From NCBI RefSeq assembly GCF_041956535.1, contig NW_027192203.1, positions 1-64,000 on the forward strand: a DNA stretch of 64,000 nt, in the 5' to 3' direction. Below, piece by piece: positions 12,477-26,000 of the stretch. The stretch's first letter is position 1, and every line of letters starts with the position of its first letter. This stretch comes from Calcarisporiella thermophila CBS 279.70. Lineage: Eukaryota > Fungi > Calcarisporiellomycota. The notes under the pieces are model-generated. The model made no database searches and was not told the origin of the DNA. It was given only the letters and a program-made list of their open reading frames with translations. The position numbers and the translations under genes were made by a program.

Positions 12477-13628
12477 CATTAAATAGAGTTTTTATATATT
12501 AACAGGTGTAATTTCGGAAACTCTTTGATTGAAATATAATCTGATCCAATCTTTGCGATTAATAATCTCAGCAAACTTCTTTTAGAAACAATATGAAATG
12601 ATGAATCAAATAGAAAGTAGCAGTAGAATCTGCCACAATATTTTCCATATATGCCAGGAGTTTAGATCTATAGTAGATTTGAAAAAATTGTGAGAATTTT
12701 TCTACGCGGCGATTGATATGAAAAACACGTTTAAATCCCTGAATTGCCGACTTGACCAATGGGGAGCTTATTCTACAATCATCATGTCTACCAAAATGCA
12801 AGTGTTATATACTTTATGCTAGAAGTCATTACTCCACTAGCCCTATAATACGTTGGAAAACTAAATAAGTATGGATATATGAATTTATATGTTTATAATT
12901 AGACTCCATCTATCGGGGTTTTACTGCATCCTTATATCATGGGATTCTGAAAGTGGAGGTCGTGACACGTGCATCTCTATTCAATAAGAATTGCTCTGCA
13001 TGTGAGCAGGGATCTAACCTGTCATCTTCACTTGTCGATGGCTAATAAGGCATTTTTTTAGGTGCTTCTTATACAAGCAATTCATCTTGCAACTCGCTTT
13101 ATTATTCTATATATTTGATAGTCTCATTCTACCCCAAAGAGCTTTGCGTGGGATTGGTACAGTTGTACTTACTCCATATCACATACTACAGGTACAACTA
13201 TTCTGTTAAGATTTTTCTAATATAGAACAAAACAATAAACAATAACTCTTCATAATTTAACCATTTCTTTTAGTATTTTATCAGGTGTTTCTATTGTATA
13301 GAGCATGTGTGGGAATTAAATGGTTTGAAAATTCTTTCTAATGCAAGGGAATTTCGCACGTTCTCTTGCTGCATGGCGCGGGAGAATTGGAAAAAAACAA
13401 TTTAAGCAAGGATTGAAATAACAATGATGTAGAAGTTCAAACGATACATACACAAAAGCCATGCCTCAATTTAATATTCAGATCAATACACGCCACAATC
13501 ATGCGGGCATTTCACGACTTTGGAATTTGGAGATGTGGAAGTTCCCGCAACGCTTTCATTAAAACTATAAAGGAGCTACCTGAGTGACATTGACAGCAAT
13601 CACAATATTTCAACTGAGATTGATACAA

Positions 13629-16380
13629 ATGGTTAAACATAAAGAAGATATAGAGAAATCCAACTCTTCTGTTTCCGCCTCGCTTGCTACTCTTCGCACA
13701 GATTCTGTTTCCTGGTTGAAATCAGCGGATCCGAAGGTGAAGCAAACTTTTCGAGGCTGGACTCTTCTCTTTCTTGCTTATCAATCCGTCGGGGTGATAT
13801 ATGGTGATATCGGCACATCCCCACTGTATGTGTACTCTTCCACCTTCAGTTCTGATCCTGCTCGCGAAGAAATATTAGGAGCGCTCAGCATGATCATTTG
13901 GACTCTTACCCTAATTGTCACCATTAAATATGTATTTTTTGTCCTGCGAGCGGACGATATTGGAGAAGGGGGAACGTTCGCTCTGTACTCGCTGCTCTCC
14001 CGTTATGTACCTTTGCTGCGTTCTTTGCAGTTGTGTTACACCTTTATTTACCGACCTATTTTCAAATAGATGAATATTGCTTGGCGCAACCCATCGAAAC
14101 TGGAAAATATCGAGTTTGCCCGTTATCCGACCAACGAAATGAAAAAAACAAATGCTAAAATACGATCCCTTATTGAGAGATCTTTTTTTATAAGAAGGTC
14201 AATTGCTGCACTCTCTCTCATTGGAGTAAGCATGGTAATCGGAGATGGTATACTAACTCCTGCTCAATCCGGTAAGTGCTGTTTTATTATTATTCTATTC
14301 ATTGGCTTTGTACAAATCTATGTGAATTCTTATGATGATTCAAAACATTATGTAGTTCTCGGTGCTGTACAAGGTCTAAAAATAAGTTTTCCCAACATAA
14401 GTCAATCCGTTGTGCTTGGCGTTGCCGTGGTTATCCTGATATTGCTTTTCCTAATTCAACCTTTTGGAACCAGCAAAATTGCGGTGTTTTTCGCCCCTGT
14501 TGTGATCCTATGGCTCATCTTGAATTTCTGCGTTGGTATATACAATCTTGTCATCTACGACTATACTGTCTTACAGGCATTCTCCCCATACTGGTGCTAC
14601 GTATGGTTTTCGCGTAATCCAACTGAAGGATGGATAAACATGGGTGGAATACTACTATCATTCACTGGCGTAGAAGCGCTCTTCGCTGACTTGGTAGTGT
14701 TTCATCATATTATCAATTCTCCTCCCTCCCCTCTCCCCCCCCAAAAAAGAAAAAAACCAATTACGTTTTCTATTAAATTAGGGTCATTTTTCCCAGCTCG
14801 CTATTCAGATATCTTGGACTTGTTTCGCCTGTCCTTGTCTTCTCCTAGCTTATATCGGTCAGGCTGCTTATATATCAATAAACCCTTCTGCCTATGCTAA
14901 TCCTTTCTTTGCCTCATTGCCGTCTGGGGTAGATATATTAGGTCTAATACTATTATTTGATTACATGATACTAACTTCATATATTAGCTCTTTTGGCCCT
15001 CTTTTGTCATCGCTACTCTAGCAACTATCGTGGCCTCGCAAGCAATGATAACTGGATGCTTTTCAATTGTCAATCAAGCTATCGCGCTTTCCAATCTTCC
15101 TGGCCTAAAGGTTGTTCATACTTCAAAGAAATTCCATGGCCAGATATATATTCCAGTAGTAAATTGGTTACTTATGATTGGAACAGGTAAGTACCTATAA
15201 TAGCCTCATTTCTGTTGATTAGTAGGGAAAAAAACCTATGAAAATATTTAATGTCAATTCTATCTTATTAACAAATAGTGGCAGTTACATTGGCATTTAA
15301 CAACACTACATCACTTGGTATTTCGATTAAATTGATTGGTTTCAGTAGGGTATTGTATTTAGTTGCTTTTTATTGGAATAATATAGGAAATGCATATGGT
15401 GCTTGCGTCGCATTTGTTACTCTTATTACCACAATTCTTGTCACCATTGTCTCTTTGGTAGTGTGGAGATGGAATATCGTGTTTTCGACCGCATTTTTCT
15501 TTGTATTCGGGTTGATAGAGGGCGCATATCTTTCTGCTACACTCTTTAAGATTCCTCAAGGAGCCTGGTTCACCATAGCATTAGCCGCTATTATATCTTC
15601 CATTATGTTCATTTGGAATTGGGGCAAGACCCTACAATGGCGATATGAGGAAAAGAAATCAACTACCATGACGGCCCTTTTAAGCGTTTTACTTGATGCC
15701 AATCGCCTCGATTTTGCCAATACAAACAAATCAATCTCTCGATTAGGGGGTCTAGCAGTTGTATTTGATCCTTCGGGGTTCAATGTCCCGCTAGTATTTA
15801 ATCACTTCATTAGCAATTTTAATGCCGTACATGAAGTGGTTATATTTCTTCACTATCGGCACCTCTCAGTCCCCACTGTATGAGTGTATTCTCCCTTTTC
15901 CAAAGAGATTGGGTAATTCCTTGATACTCATTTTCTTTATTTTTATATACATAGGTTCCCCCTAGCGAACGAATCCTAGTATTTGCAACCGAAATATCCC
16001 ATTTCTATCGAGTAATTGTCCGCCTCGGCTACAATGATTCCCTCTATGATGAAGATGATCCAGCTACACTAATCGTGGAGCGTCTCACGCAAGCAATCCA
16101 ACTCGACAAGGGCAAATTTCGCCGGTATCCTATTGATGCTGGTGTAAACCCTATGCAACAAGGAGGAGAAGTGAATGCGATTATCTGTGCCAAGAATAAA
16201 CATGTCACCTATGTTCTGGGAATGACCGAGTTTGTTCCTGCTCCCGACTCGAATATTCTCAAAAGAGCACTACTTAACGTCTTCAACTTTCTGCGGAAAA
16301 ACGCTCATTCCAACAAAAGAATCACTTACGGAATTCCAAATAACCAGTTGGTACAGGTAGGGATGATCCACGAGTTATAA
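13629..16380 (+). CDS. HAK1: KUP/HAK/KT high-affinity potassium transporter, multi-exon
   Basis: [47 protein letters not shown] and GQIYIP signatures across GT-AG introns. Confidence 0.93.
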
Positions 16381-16877
16381 CACGGGCATTCTATTAATGC
16401 CCAGATCATAATAATCCTAATTTCTATATTTATAAATTTCTATTCATCCTATTAAGAAATACTGGCATTATTTAAGTAAATTGCACGATTTTTATTTTGA
16501 ACGATAGATAGTTTGTCTATATTTTATTCTATCTTTTATATTTTTCCGCAAATATCTTCATATATAACATTTATTTATTTTAAACATATATATTCTTATA
16601 AGCTTATTGTAATATTTTTCCTAACTTCAAGTCCGAATATGCTCTCCTCAAACATATGATTTGCCCCGAGTGAGTTACTGCATTTTATTGCACTTATATG
16701 CCATAACACTTTTAAATAAAACCCAATTAAAAGCTCCAGGGGGGACAAAACTAAGGGATATACATCAGACTATTCTTAAAAATAAATATATTACAATTTT
16801 TGTAATTATTTTATTGATGTTTTTTGTACACGAGAATAATCAGAAGACCTTTCTATTCACACCCCGAAGTCGAAACA

Positions 16878-18662
16878 CTATATTGATGCACTTGTAGAGT
16901 ATTTCAATTTATCATTCGAGACAGCTACAGATTGTAGGGGCGATGCAATTGATATATCCTGCTTTTCACCCGGTGCCTCAAGGTATTTCCCACTTTCCCC
17001 ATTTACTTCTTCCCAACTATTTTCGCTATCTGCATTATCTATCTCAATCCCAAGAGCCTTTATCAATTTACGAAGCCCGCTGGCCTTTGGAGTAATTTTG
17101 GCCCGATTTAATTCCGAAATCCAATATACAGCAGCGTCGCGCCGTTTTCTCCGCATCTCTGCTACTGCTAAATAGTAAAATGCTCGCTCGTTGGGATGCA
17201 CTCCCATTCGCTGCAGCCGTCGCATTGCCTGCGCCGCAGCCTCCACTTTCCCGGCGCGCGTTAAGCCACGCACCAGGATGTTTAGGGTAGAGGGTATGGG
17301 TTTGTTTCCGCGAGCCAACATCTCCTTAAACATGCTCTCGGCATCATCCTCGCGACCAGCCTGGAAATATGCATCCATAAACATGTTGTACGTAATCGTA
17401 GAAGGTACTGTGGAGTCAGAAACCTCATCGAACATCGATCGTGCATGATCGAGATCCCCTGCACGCAGAGAAGCATGAACCAAGGCGCCTATAGTCGTTG
17501 GGCTAGGTCGGACTCCTTGACACTGCATGCGTTCCATCAAGGAAAGCGCTTCTCCGAATTTTCCAGCACGCAAATTCCCATGCATCAAAATTGTATAAGT
17601 GAACACATCGGGACGTATACGCTCTTTTTCCATGGCATCCAATAACTGACATGCCTTGTAGATATCTCCTCGTCGCACTAACCCTGAAATAATTGTGTTG
17701 TATGTTGATGTGTCGGGCGTTATCTTTCGACGTCGCATCTCTTCAAACACTTCGGGTAGCTCCACCCTTCCATCTTTAAGCAGAGAAAGTAATAGGATAT
17801 TGTAGGCATTGGAAGAGAGCACAACTCCCTGCGCTGAGAATGAATGGTAGAGCTCGAGGAGCTGTGTTGTTTCGCCTTGCTTTGCAAGCCCGTCGAGGAT
17901 GATAGTGGTGGTGGCTGGTGTGGGCGGAATCTTATCGGCACGCATTAGATCCAACACCTTTTCCACGCCGGCTTTGTCACCCTGGCGTGCATACCATTTG
18001 AGCAGGGTATTATATGTTGGAGAGGTCGTGCGTATACCTTTGGCTTTCATCTGCTCAAGCCGCTTGAACGCAATCGAAATGGAATCATTCCGGACATGAC
18101 AGTGAATTAATGTATTCCATGTGAGTGTGTCGGGCTGCACACCACGTGATTGCATCTCACGCAGAAGTTTTTCTGCGGAAGATGCATCACGTTTGCGTGC
18201 ATATCCATTCATCAATGAGTTCCATGTATAAATATCAGGTTCCACCCCGCGCAAACTCATCTCTCTCACTATTTTATACGCTGAACACACATATCCACGA
18301 CGACTCATACGATGGATCAGTTTGTTGCAATAGAGAAGCGAGGGTTGCGGCCGAGAAAGTTCCTCGCGTACGAGATTTATGAGTTGGAATTCTTCATTAG
18401 TCGAGCGATGTGCTATCGAATCTTTTCTGTGATGTTCCGAATTGACGGCTGAATTTTCCCGTGCCACTGTAGAATTGCGGCGTTTGACATCTGATGAAGT
18501 GTTAGAAGGGCGAATATGAGGGGAATGAAGAGAATGGAGAATGCGAGGTGCCAAAAGGCAAGGGGGAGGTAAGGAAGAGACCGATCGACCCTTATATTTG
18601 TGAAAGAAGAGCCGAGCTGTACGGTGGAGAAATAGCAAATGTGTGGTCCTTTGGAACGACAT
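16878..18662 (-). CDS. Pentatricopeptide repeat protein, probably mitochondrial, 594 aa
   Basis: More than 10 tandem 35-aa PPR motifs (e.g. PDIYTWNSLMNGYARK, PDTSTYNTIISGLVRRG) and an Arg/Ser/Leu-rich N-terminal presequence. Confidence 0.93.
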   Translation of the reverse strand: MSFQRTTHLLFLHRTARLFFHKYKGRSVSSLPPPCLLAPRILHSLHSPHIRPSNTSSDVKRRNSTVARENSAVNSEHHRKDSIAHRSTNEEFQLINLVREELSRPQPSLLYCNKLIHRMSRRGYVCSAYKIVREMSLRGVEPDIYTWNSLMNGYARKRDASSAEKLLREMQSRGVQPDTLTWNTLIHCHVRNDSISIAFKRLEQMKAKGIRTTSPTYNTLLKWYARQGDKAGVEKVLDLMRADKIPPTPATTTIILDGLAKQGETTQLLELYHSFSAQGVVLSSNAYNILLLSLLKDGRVELPEVFEEMRRRKITPDTSTYNTIISGLVRRGDIYKACQLLDAMEKERIRPDVFTYTILMHGNLRAGKFGEALSLMERMQCQGVRPSPTTIGALVHASLRAGDLDHARSMFDEVSDSTVPSTITYNMFMDAYFQAGREDDAESMFKEMLARGNKPIPSTLNILVRGLTRAGKVEAAAQAMRRLQRMGVHPNERAFYYLAVAEMRRKRRDAAVYWISELNRAKITPKASGLRKLIKALGIEIDNADSENSWEEVNGESGKYLEAPGEKQDISIASPLQSVAVSNDKLKYSTSASI

Positions 18663-18863
18663 TTTTCTCCCCCCAACATCTCCTCGTTGCTAGATCTTTG
18701 TCAGGTTATGAGCAGATTTTGTTATAGTATTTACGTAAATTAGGAGTGGCTAAGCCACATGTCGAATTCGCGTTAAAACGATTTTAAAAGATAATCCAAA
18801 AATGGCCAAGAAATTAAGGTATTTACAGCTAAATAGTGAACTGAGCCTACATCTTCAATTAAA

Positions 18864-19663
18864 ATGTCGAAAGAACGTGCAATTCGAAATGTAGTGTTAT
18901 TTTGTTTTCAAAGTTTAACCTAGGAATCCTTCATCTAATTGCCAAGCAATTTTGCTAGACCCTATTACGAATTCTAAATCGTGCTCGTCTCTTTTGTTTG
19001 GCCATAATACTATACAAAGGTCTCTCTCTAGGAACTAATTGCGAGATTCCATTACTACCAGTACCTTTGTAGATATTCGTTCATTAGCCCATTTTCATCT
19101 ATCCTTTTGAAAATTTCGGACATAATTTCAAATTCGAAATATACTTCTTAACTAAATAGTATGACGATGGATCCAAGTATCATGCCAGGCGATCTTCTTT
19201 TCGTTAATAATCCTTCGGAGCCCATTGACATTGGGGAGATATGTGTATTCAAGCTACCTGGACGTGATGTTCCTTTGTTGCATCGCGTTATTAAAGTGCA
19301 TACTGAGTGAGCAATTCTAGTGTTCAATACTGAGATATTGGTTAGATATTTATTGCGAGTATTTGCAGGGTTAAGACTGGCAAACAATTCATTCTCACCA
19401 AGGGCGACATGAATGTCGGTGATGACCGCGGCCTATATAATCCAGGCATGGCCTGGATTCACAGAGAGCATGTTGTTGGGAGAGTACGAGGGTGAGGTGT
19501 TACTCTAGCCTGCATTATTTATTGAAGTGCGACTCTGACTATCTTATATATTATCAGAATCATTCCATATCTCGGGTATATAGTTGTCTGGCCACACCGA
19601 TATCCACTCCTCGAGTATATTTTAGAGGGAGCAATTGGGTTGTACGTTTACTATACTTTTTAA
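18864..19663 (+). CDS. Divergent SEC11 signal peptidase paralog, 170 aa, catalytic Ser replaced by Thr
   Basis: Exons 18864-18890, 18959-19068, 19160-19306, 19369-19491 and 19558-19663 give a 513-nt open frame; GDLLF, HRV and [14 protein letters not shown] are retained; FMTM replaces S-x-S-M. Confidence 0.8.
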
Positions 19664-19824
19664 ACTCTATATATGAATACACCTATCAATTATATGGATT
19701 ATGGATTAATCGAATTTACCAAGCCACATTCATTTTTCGCATTGTGCTGGCAAGCAGAGACTTGTCGAAACCAACTAAGAAAAAGAAGACGCGACATTTA
19801 ACAAAAAACTGAATTGGAATAAAA

Positions 19825-20660
19825 ATGTTCAAAGAATTCATCGATCCGCTGAAGCGGATGAACAAACGCCAGGTCAGATATTCTAGCTCTATTCTCGCGT
19901 TTTACTATACGAATCCTAATACAGGTGTCTTCTTAATCTAGATGGCGATGCAAGTCCTCAATTTCCTTAGCGTTTTCTGCTCAGCTATCATGGTCTATAA
20001 AGGACTTTCTCTCGTTACCAATAGCGAAAGTCCTGTTGTGGTAGTTTTAAGGTAGCTCTGTCGTGGTCACCCTCACTCAGCCCCTATTTTCAGGATTTTT
20101 ACTCGTCCTAATTAATCCCCACACAATCTTTTTAAACTGGTAGTGAGAGTATGGCTCCTGCCATTCATCGTGGTGATCTTCTCTTCCTTAATAATCCCCC
20201 AACACCTATTGAGATTGGAGAAATATGCGTATTCAAGTTACCGGGTCGTGATGTTCCTATTGTCCATCGGGTTATCAAACTACATAACGAGTAATGATGC
20301 CCTAATGCCTTTTTTACACTATACTCTAACGCATTATTTTTATGAAATTTTCGCAGAGTTGAAACAGGCAAGCAATACATTCTTACCAAGGGTGACAACA
20401 ATCCGGGCGATGACCGTGGTTTATATAATCCCGGTATGACCTGGATCCACAAAGACCACATTGTTGGGAGAGTGCGAGGGTAAAGACTTTGAATGCAAAC
20501 TGTTGATTGAAATACACTATACTAACTCTATTTTCATTTCGTTTTGATTAGATTCCTTCCGTTTGTCGGGATGGTCACTATCTGGTTACATGACTACCCA
20601 TATTTCAAATACATATTCTTAGGAGTGCCTGCATTGCTCGTCTTATTCCAACGTGAATAA
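19825..20660 (+). CDS. SEC11: Signal peptidase complex catalytic subunit Sec11, 178 aa
   Basis: Exons 19825-19872, 19942-20051, 20144-20290, 20357-20479 and 20552-20660; [40 protein letters not shown]. Confidence 0.95.
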
Positions 20661-20819
20661 TATAATAAATAGAGAGGTGCAATTATAACTGCGGGTATAT
20701 TCCTTAGCATACTTTAGCTGAGCTAAACACAACCTTATCTAAAAAAACAATTATCGCCTAAACGCACTTCAAAATTGATGTGATTAAATAGACCAATATT
20801 GGCAAGGAATACTCTTAAT

Positions 20820-22196
20820 CTAAAATCGGATGTAAAGTGCGGTCAAATCAAATACATTCCGCACCGAGCGCATGGAAAATAAAGTAAACAAGCTAAGAAG
20901 CAACGTTAGCACTAATCTTCGTCGTCCATATTGAAGTAGACTAGTAGAATGTTTCGGCAATAGGAGCTCTCCTTTGATAACTTCACCGGGGGCTATCTGC
21001 AATCTGAAATCAAAGTGTCCCTTACTTCCCCGGTGAAGCTCCCTGGAAAATACTCTATGGAAATACCACCTTAACCAGCGGAATTGAAGCGTACGAATTA
21101 AGCTGAGTGAGGAGCACTTAGCCACAAGTCGAATATAAACGAAAAAGGCCGAGAGGAAAAGGCGATGGAATCGACTCGTTTGAGGGAGATCGAGTGCATC
21201 CGAAAGAGAATTGCCAAGCATTCGCCTCGCTTGGGCCTTGTGGAATGCGACAGAAAAATAAAATGGAGGTTTACCGGCCGCAGCCTCAAGTATACCATGA
21301 GCAAACTTGATTCCAAGCGGTGAAGGATCCATCATATGCACTGCGATAGAATGTAGCCAGATGTCTGCGGTAGTAGGGCTATAGAGAGGATCGAGCTCAG
21401 GATCTACTCCTACCAGATAGCCAACGTATCGCCACACAGCAATAAAGTCGCACTTATCTTGCGGTGAGAGTTCAATACCCATCCCGCGCAGCCCTTGAAG
21501 AAGCCCGCTCGAAAAAGCTAGTAGGGTTGCGACATTTTCTTCTTGGTTGATAGGGATGATCTCGGGGGTCACGTTTATATTGCTTTCCGCATTCTTCAAC
21601 AGCCTGACTCGAACCTGCGCGTGAAGGAGTCGTACCCTCACTGTAGAGCGCCATCCAATACCGCTGACTGGTTTCATTCCTTCAGTCTCCATACAGTCTA
21701 GGACGAATTTGGCCGTCTCGATTAGACGACGATAGACCGTTCGCGGGTGCGAGAGATATCCAGTCTGGGCGAGAATCTGAGTCACCTGTGGGGAAGCAAA
21801 CCCTCCAGCTAGAGAAAAATGCAGTAAGCCCATGAGCATAGGAGCTGAATATTGCCAGAACACGCGTTGACCCCTCTCGATCTGATCCCAATCTACCCAG
21901 GAGGGAATAGTTATCAGCTCTCGATGCAGTTTATATGTAGGCGAGTCTTTCGTCCCCCTTTTCGCCTCTAACCAGTCTTCCATTCGTCTCAATGCATCTT
22001 CTCCCAATTTCACGCCGAGTTCACGCACTGTCGCGTCAGCGAGATCGTCGCCACGATATTGCAATGGCTCAAGATCAACTGGTTTAAGATGTTGTGATGT
22101 CCACTGGAACTGGACGTCACAATGTGTGACAATATCCCCAGGTTGAATGTCAGGAATGCGCTCGCGCGCTGGCCATACTTTTGGAGCATTTGCCAT
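20820..22196 (-). CDS. ER-bound oxygenase MpaB/DUF2236 (Lcp-like heme protein), 458 aa
   Basis: GDDLAD, PSWVDWDQIERGQ, RRLIET, VRLLHAQVR (heme His), PINQE, WRYVGYLVG, C-terminal TM anchor. Confidence 0.9.
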   Translation of the reverse strand: MANAPKVWPARERIPDIQPGDIVTHCDVQFQWTSQHLKPVDLEPLQYRGDDLADATVRELGVKLGEDALRRMEDWLEAKRGTKDSPTYKLHRELITIPSWVDWDQIERGQRVFWQYSAPMLMGLLHFSLAGGFASPQVTQILAQTGYLSHPRTVYRRLIETAKFVLDCMETEGMKPVSGIGWRSTVRVRLLHAQVRVRLLKNAESNINVTPEIIPINQEENVATLLAFSSGLLQGLRGMGIELSPQDKCDFIAVWRYVGYLVGVDPELDPLYSPTTADIWLHSIAVHMMDPSPLGIKFAHGILEAAAGKPPFYFSVAFHKAQARRMLGNSLSDALDLPQTSRFHRLFLSAFFVYIRLVAKCSSLSLIRTLQFRWLRWYFHRVFSRELHRGSKGHFDFRLQIAPGEVIKGELLLPKHSTSLLQYGRRRLVLTLLLSLFTLFSMRSVRNVFDLTALYIRF

Positions 22197-23054
22197 AGCG
22201 AACGATGGAGATGTATACAGAAAGGAACGTGCAGAGTACGAGGGGAAAAGAAAGCGTAAGTGGAGGTAATTTGCAGATAGACGAGCTGTATCAAATACTG
22301 AAAAAAGGGATGTTTTTTTCTTAACGGCTCACCTCAAACAGGCTCGATAAGTATTCAAAGTCCAAAATATGGAAATTAAGGAAGAATTAGTTACCATATT
22401 TAATAGAGATGGATGTTTCACATGATCATCCAATCAGCCTTAGTAGAGTTAATGATGTGCAGAGAGCTACTTCTGTGGGGAGATAGGACGGGCATTTTCT
22501 TCATGTGCTGATAACTCTATATTTGCATGAAGCTCAAGCTCATGACTGATACTAATAGGTTTTGCATGAGTGGGCTGATGACGCTTCCTTTTCCCGCTCC
22601 AAGCGATGGGTGATTGTGCGCACACATGAAAAAGAGCAAAGAGGTGCTGTAAAAAGGGGGAAAAATGACAATAAAAAGTTCTAATAATTATTAGAAAAAC
22701 AAAATGAATAAGAAAAAATTGATTAAAACACATCACAAAAAAAAAGAGAAGAGATAAGAAAAGGGGATCGATAGCAAAAAGGAGACACGATAAATGGATT
22801 GATAAAAAGAAAGAGAAATCCTGAACAAGAAAAATAGGGGAGGGAAAACGAGAGGAGAAAAGCGAAATATATATATTGATATATATATAAAGAAGCATTA
22901 ATTAAGAGGAAAAGAACACTTCGGTTTCACAAAACTTCACACAAAAAGAGACTAGAAATATCTTCAAAACAAATTAAAATAAAAAGAGGAATAATAGAAC
23001 ATGGCGGAGGAAACAGAGGGATAGAGATAGAGAGGGAGACGGAAAGGAAGATAA

Positions 23055-26000
23055 TCAAGTGTCGTTGTGCGGCCAGGGGGTTGTGGAATTCGAAGGTGGT
23101 AATGACGTTGGTGATGGCAGGTTTTCCAAAGCGGATGGCAAGGAAGTTGGCGAAATAGTAGCTTGTGGTATAACTGGCTGTGTAACGGGCGAAGTCGGCT
23201 GGGTAGACGGACGGGGCACGGTGGAATGGGGAGGAAGAAGAGGAGATTGTGGATAATCCGTTCGATCACTGTGAGAATGGGCAGCACGCCGCAATGGCGG
23301 TGGGTGTTGTTGCCATTCTCGAGATCGAGCAGATTTGTCCAGCTGTGGGGATAGGGCATCACTGGGACGCCTATTTCCACCCTCGCCACCCTCTCCTCCA
23401 GGAGCGGTTACCATCCCGCCTGCTCCACCTACTGTGTTGCCTCCACCGCCATTCCGAAGAGTTGGGCTATCTTGAGAGAGAGTCTTCTTCAGCTTCCCAA
23501 CGATCACTTCATAGCGCCGTAGAATATCCTTTGTGGTTAGTTCCGCACTACCCTCTACAAAATCTTGCTCGTGAAGGATCTCAACAAGCTCCTCTGGCAC
23601 AGTCGAGAATTCATCCTGGTATTTGAGCAGCTGATATACAGCCTCAATCGAGAGGAAGGACTCATCTTTTGTGGGGTCTTTGCCCTTCGCATAAAGAATA
23701 TTCGGGGTTATGACAGTGGCCAAGTTTTGAAGATCCATCTTGCTACCACTCTCCTCGTCCACATGTGAAAAGGTGGCGACCCACTTAAGGAAAAGGAAGA
23801 GCACCTCCATTGTGTCGCGGTGCACCTTTGGAAGCAAACAGCAGATCAAATGTAATACTCGCTTCTGGTCTGCCTCTGATTCAAGCTCTATAAAAATACA
23901 TTAGGTAAAAATCGACACTTTCAAGCCGGGTCAGCTCTTTGGATAACTTACTTTGCGATGTTACAAACAGTCTATGCAGTTTGAAGGTAAGGAGAGGCTC
24001 TGGAAGATCTCGCAGAAACTTTTTCAGTAATGCCGCGACTTGCACGGGATTCTCGTCAGCCAAATTCACCGAGAGAGGGTTCTTGTCAATGGCATCGCTG
24101 AGCTCCTTTAATCGCCGGATGTTGCCATTTTTCCGGAACACGCCCTCGACGGACATATCTAAGCCAAGAGGAAAAGAGGTAAGGCATTGCTTATGAATTA
24201 ATAGGGATGGGAAAATCCAGGAGTTACCCATTTGCTTCATGGCAGAGATCGCTTCGTCGATAAAACTGGGTATGCGAATCCGCCCTGGTCCGGCGCCCAA
24301 ATTCGACTCCACCCCATTCTTTTCTACCAGCATATCCAAGGGCACACCGAAGGTTCCCTCTGAGATTTCAAGGTTGAATATGGTAAGATAGAGCTGTGGA
24401 AGAAACAACTCAACTAAACAATTACCTTTTGCTTTAATATTTTTCCGGCTGCCTGCCTTCAGAGAATGTACAAATTTGCCCCATAACGACATTTTTCGAG
24501 TTTCGATCAGATCGAGCAATTCGTCGAAGCTAAAGTGGTCCTTGAGCATCTGCTCCATGCTTAAAACTGCAATGTGTCTCACGATGAAGTATTCTAGGGC
24601 GGAAAGCTCCGAGAGATATATCTTTGGGCGGCCACTTGAGGCCGGTGCTGTCGGCGGGATAGTGCTAGGAGGTGTTGATTCGTGGGGTTGGCGACGAGCC
24701 GATACCGGGGAGGTGTCGACGGACTTGGAAGCAGCAATATTCGTGATATCACCCAGTAATAATGCATCGCGCTTTTGACCCTCGTGAACAAGCTCAGTAA
24801 TCCCATTCTTATCTTCCACGATATCTACCCGGCCCAAAGGTGTTTCGACCGAGGCTGGTTGCAAATGTTTGCCCTCCAGTTTTCGAACAGCCTCCTCTTG
24901 TGGCGACTCTATGGATTTGGGCTCATCCGTCAGGGTTCGCTCGTCTTCGTCCGTGGGTACTCCCGCGAGCACCACATCCGAATCCGTCACCTCTGCCACT
25001 GATTCGATTCGCGACGGGAGAGGAGCCTGCACAATGGTGGACCGCTTCGCAATGCGCGCTGAACTTGAGAGTCTTCGGTCGAGGTGGATTGATTTAACCC
25101 GCTTGATGTCGCCAAGTTGGATAGCTTCGTATGGCTTGTCGCCTGTCGCACCAGCCTTAGCTGCCGATTCTCGCTGAGCTTGTTCAGAGGCTTGCGCACT
25201 TTCATTTCGGTTCTCGGTGTCTCTCGAGTTTGCAGAATACGGCTCTAGCTCAGGTTCTACGATAAAGCAAGCCCGCCCGAAATTAGCAAACCATACAATC
25301 AACTATAGAGGGCATGAATATTCAAAGAATAACGAAGCGCACCTGCAACATTCAATAAGTTGTACAAGTTCTTTAACGCAATCCGCAATAAAAAGGTGAA
25401 CTGCTCAAGCTGAGTGACGCGCTCAAACCCAGGCATCGCCCCTTCAATATTCGCATTGGAGGCGCATGTTATGCACACAACTTGTAGCCCCGTCGGGTGG
25501 AGCACACACTGCTCATATTCCGCCGCGCACTCGCGCTGGCAGATTGAACACCGAAAACATTTGGCATGCCAACGATGTGTTCCATGTTTGATGCACGAGT
25601 CCTCGACTTGTGCATGGCATTCGACACATAAATCAGATGCGTTTCCAACGACCAGCTCCCGTTCCCGTACACGCTCTCTATTCGCAAGCTCCATCAACTT
25701 GGTCAAAAATCGGCCGATTGCGGTGCGCGACTCATGCTCGCGCTCCAATTTAAGCGCATTCGTCAGCGCAATACGGATGAGGATTTTAAGATAGTGAGCA
25801 AGGCCAGTCACCAGAGAGAGTAATTCTTGTGTAATGCCCAAGCGGCGCACCCCTGTCTCTTGTGTGTTCGATAAGAGGGAGAAAAAATTGACAATTTTCT
25901 TGCATAGCATTTTGGCCTCGCGCGAATGTTGCATTCCTATTTTATATGAATCGGATGAGACATACATTCCAAAAAGAGTCGAACATAGTGATATTTAAAA

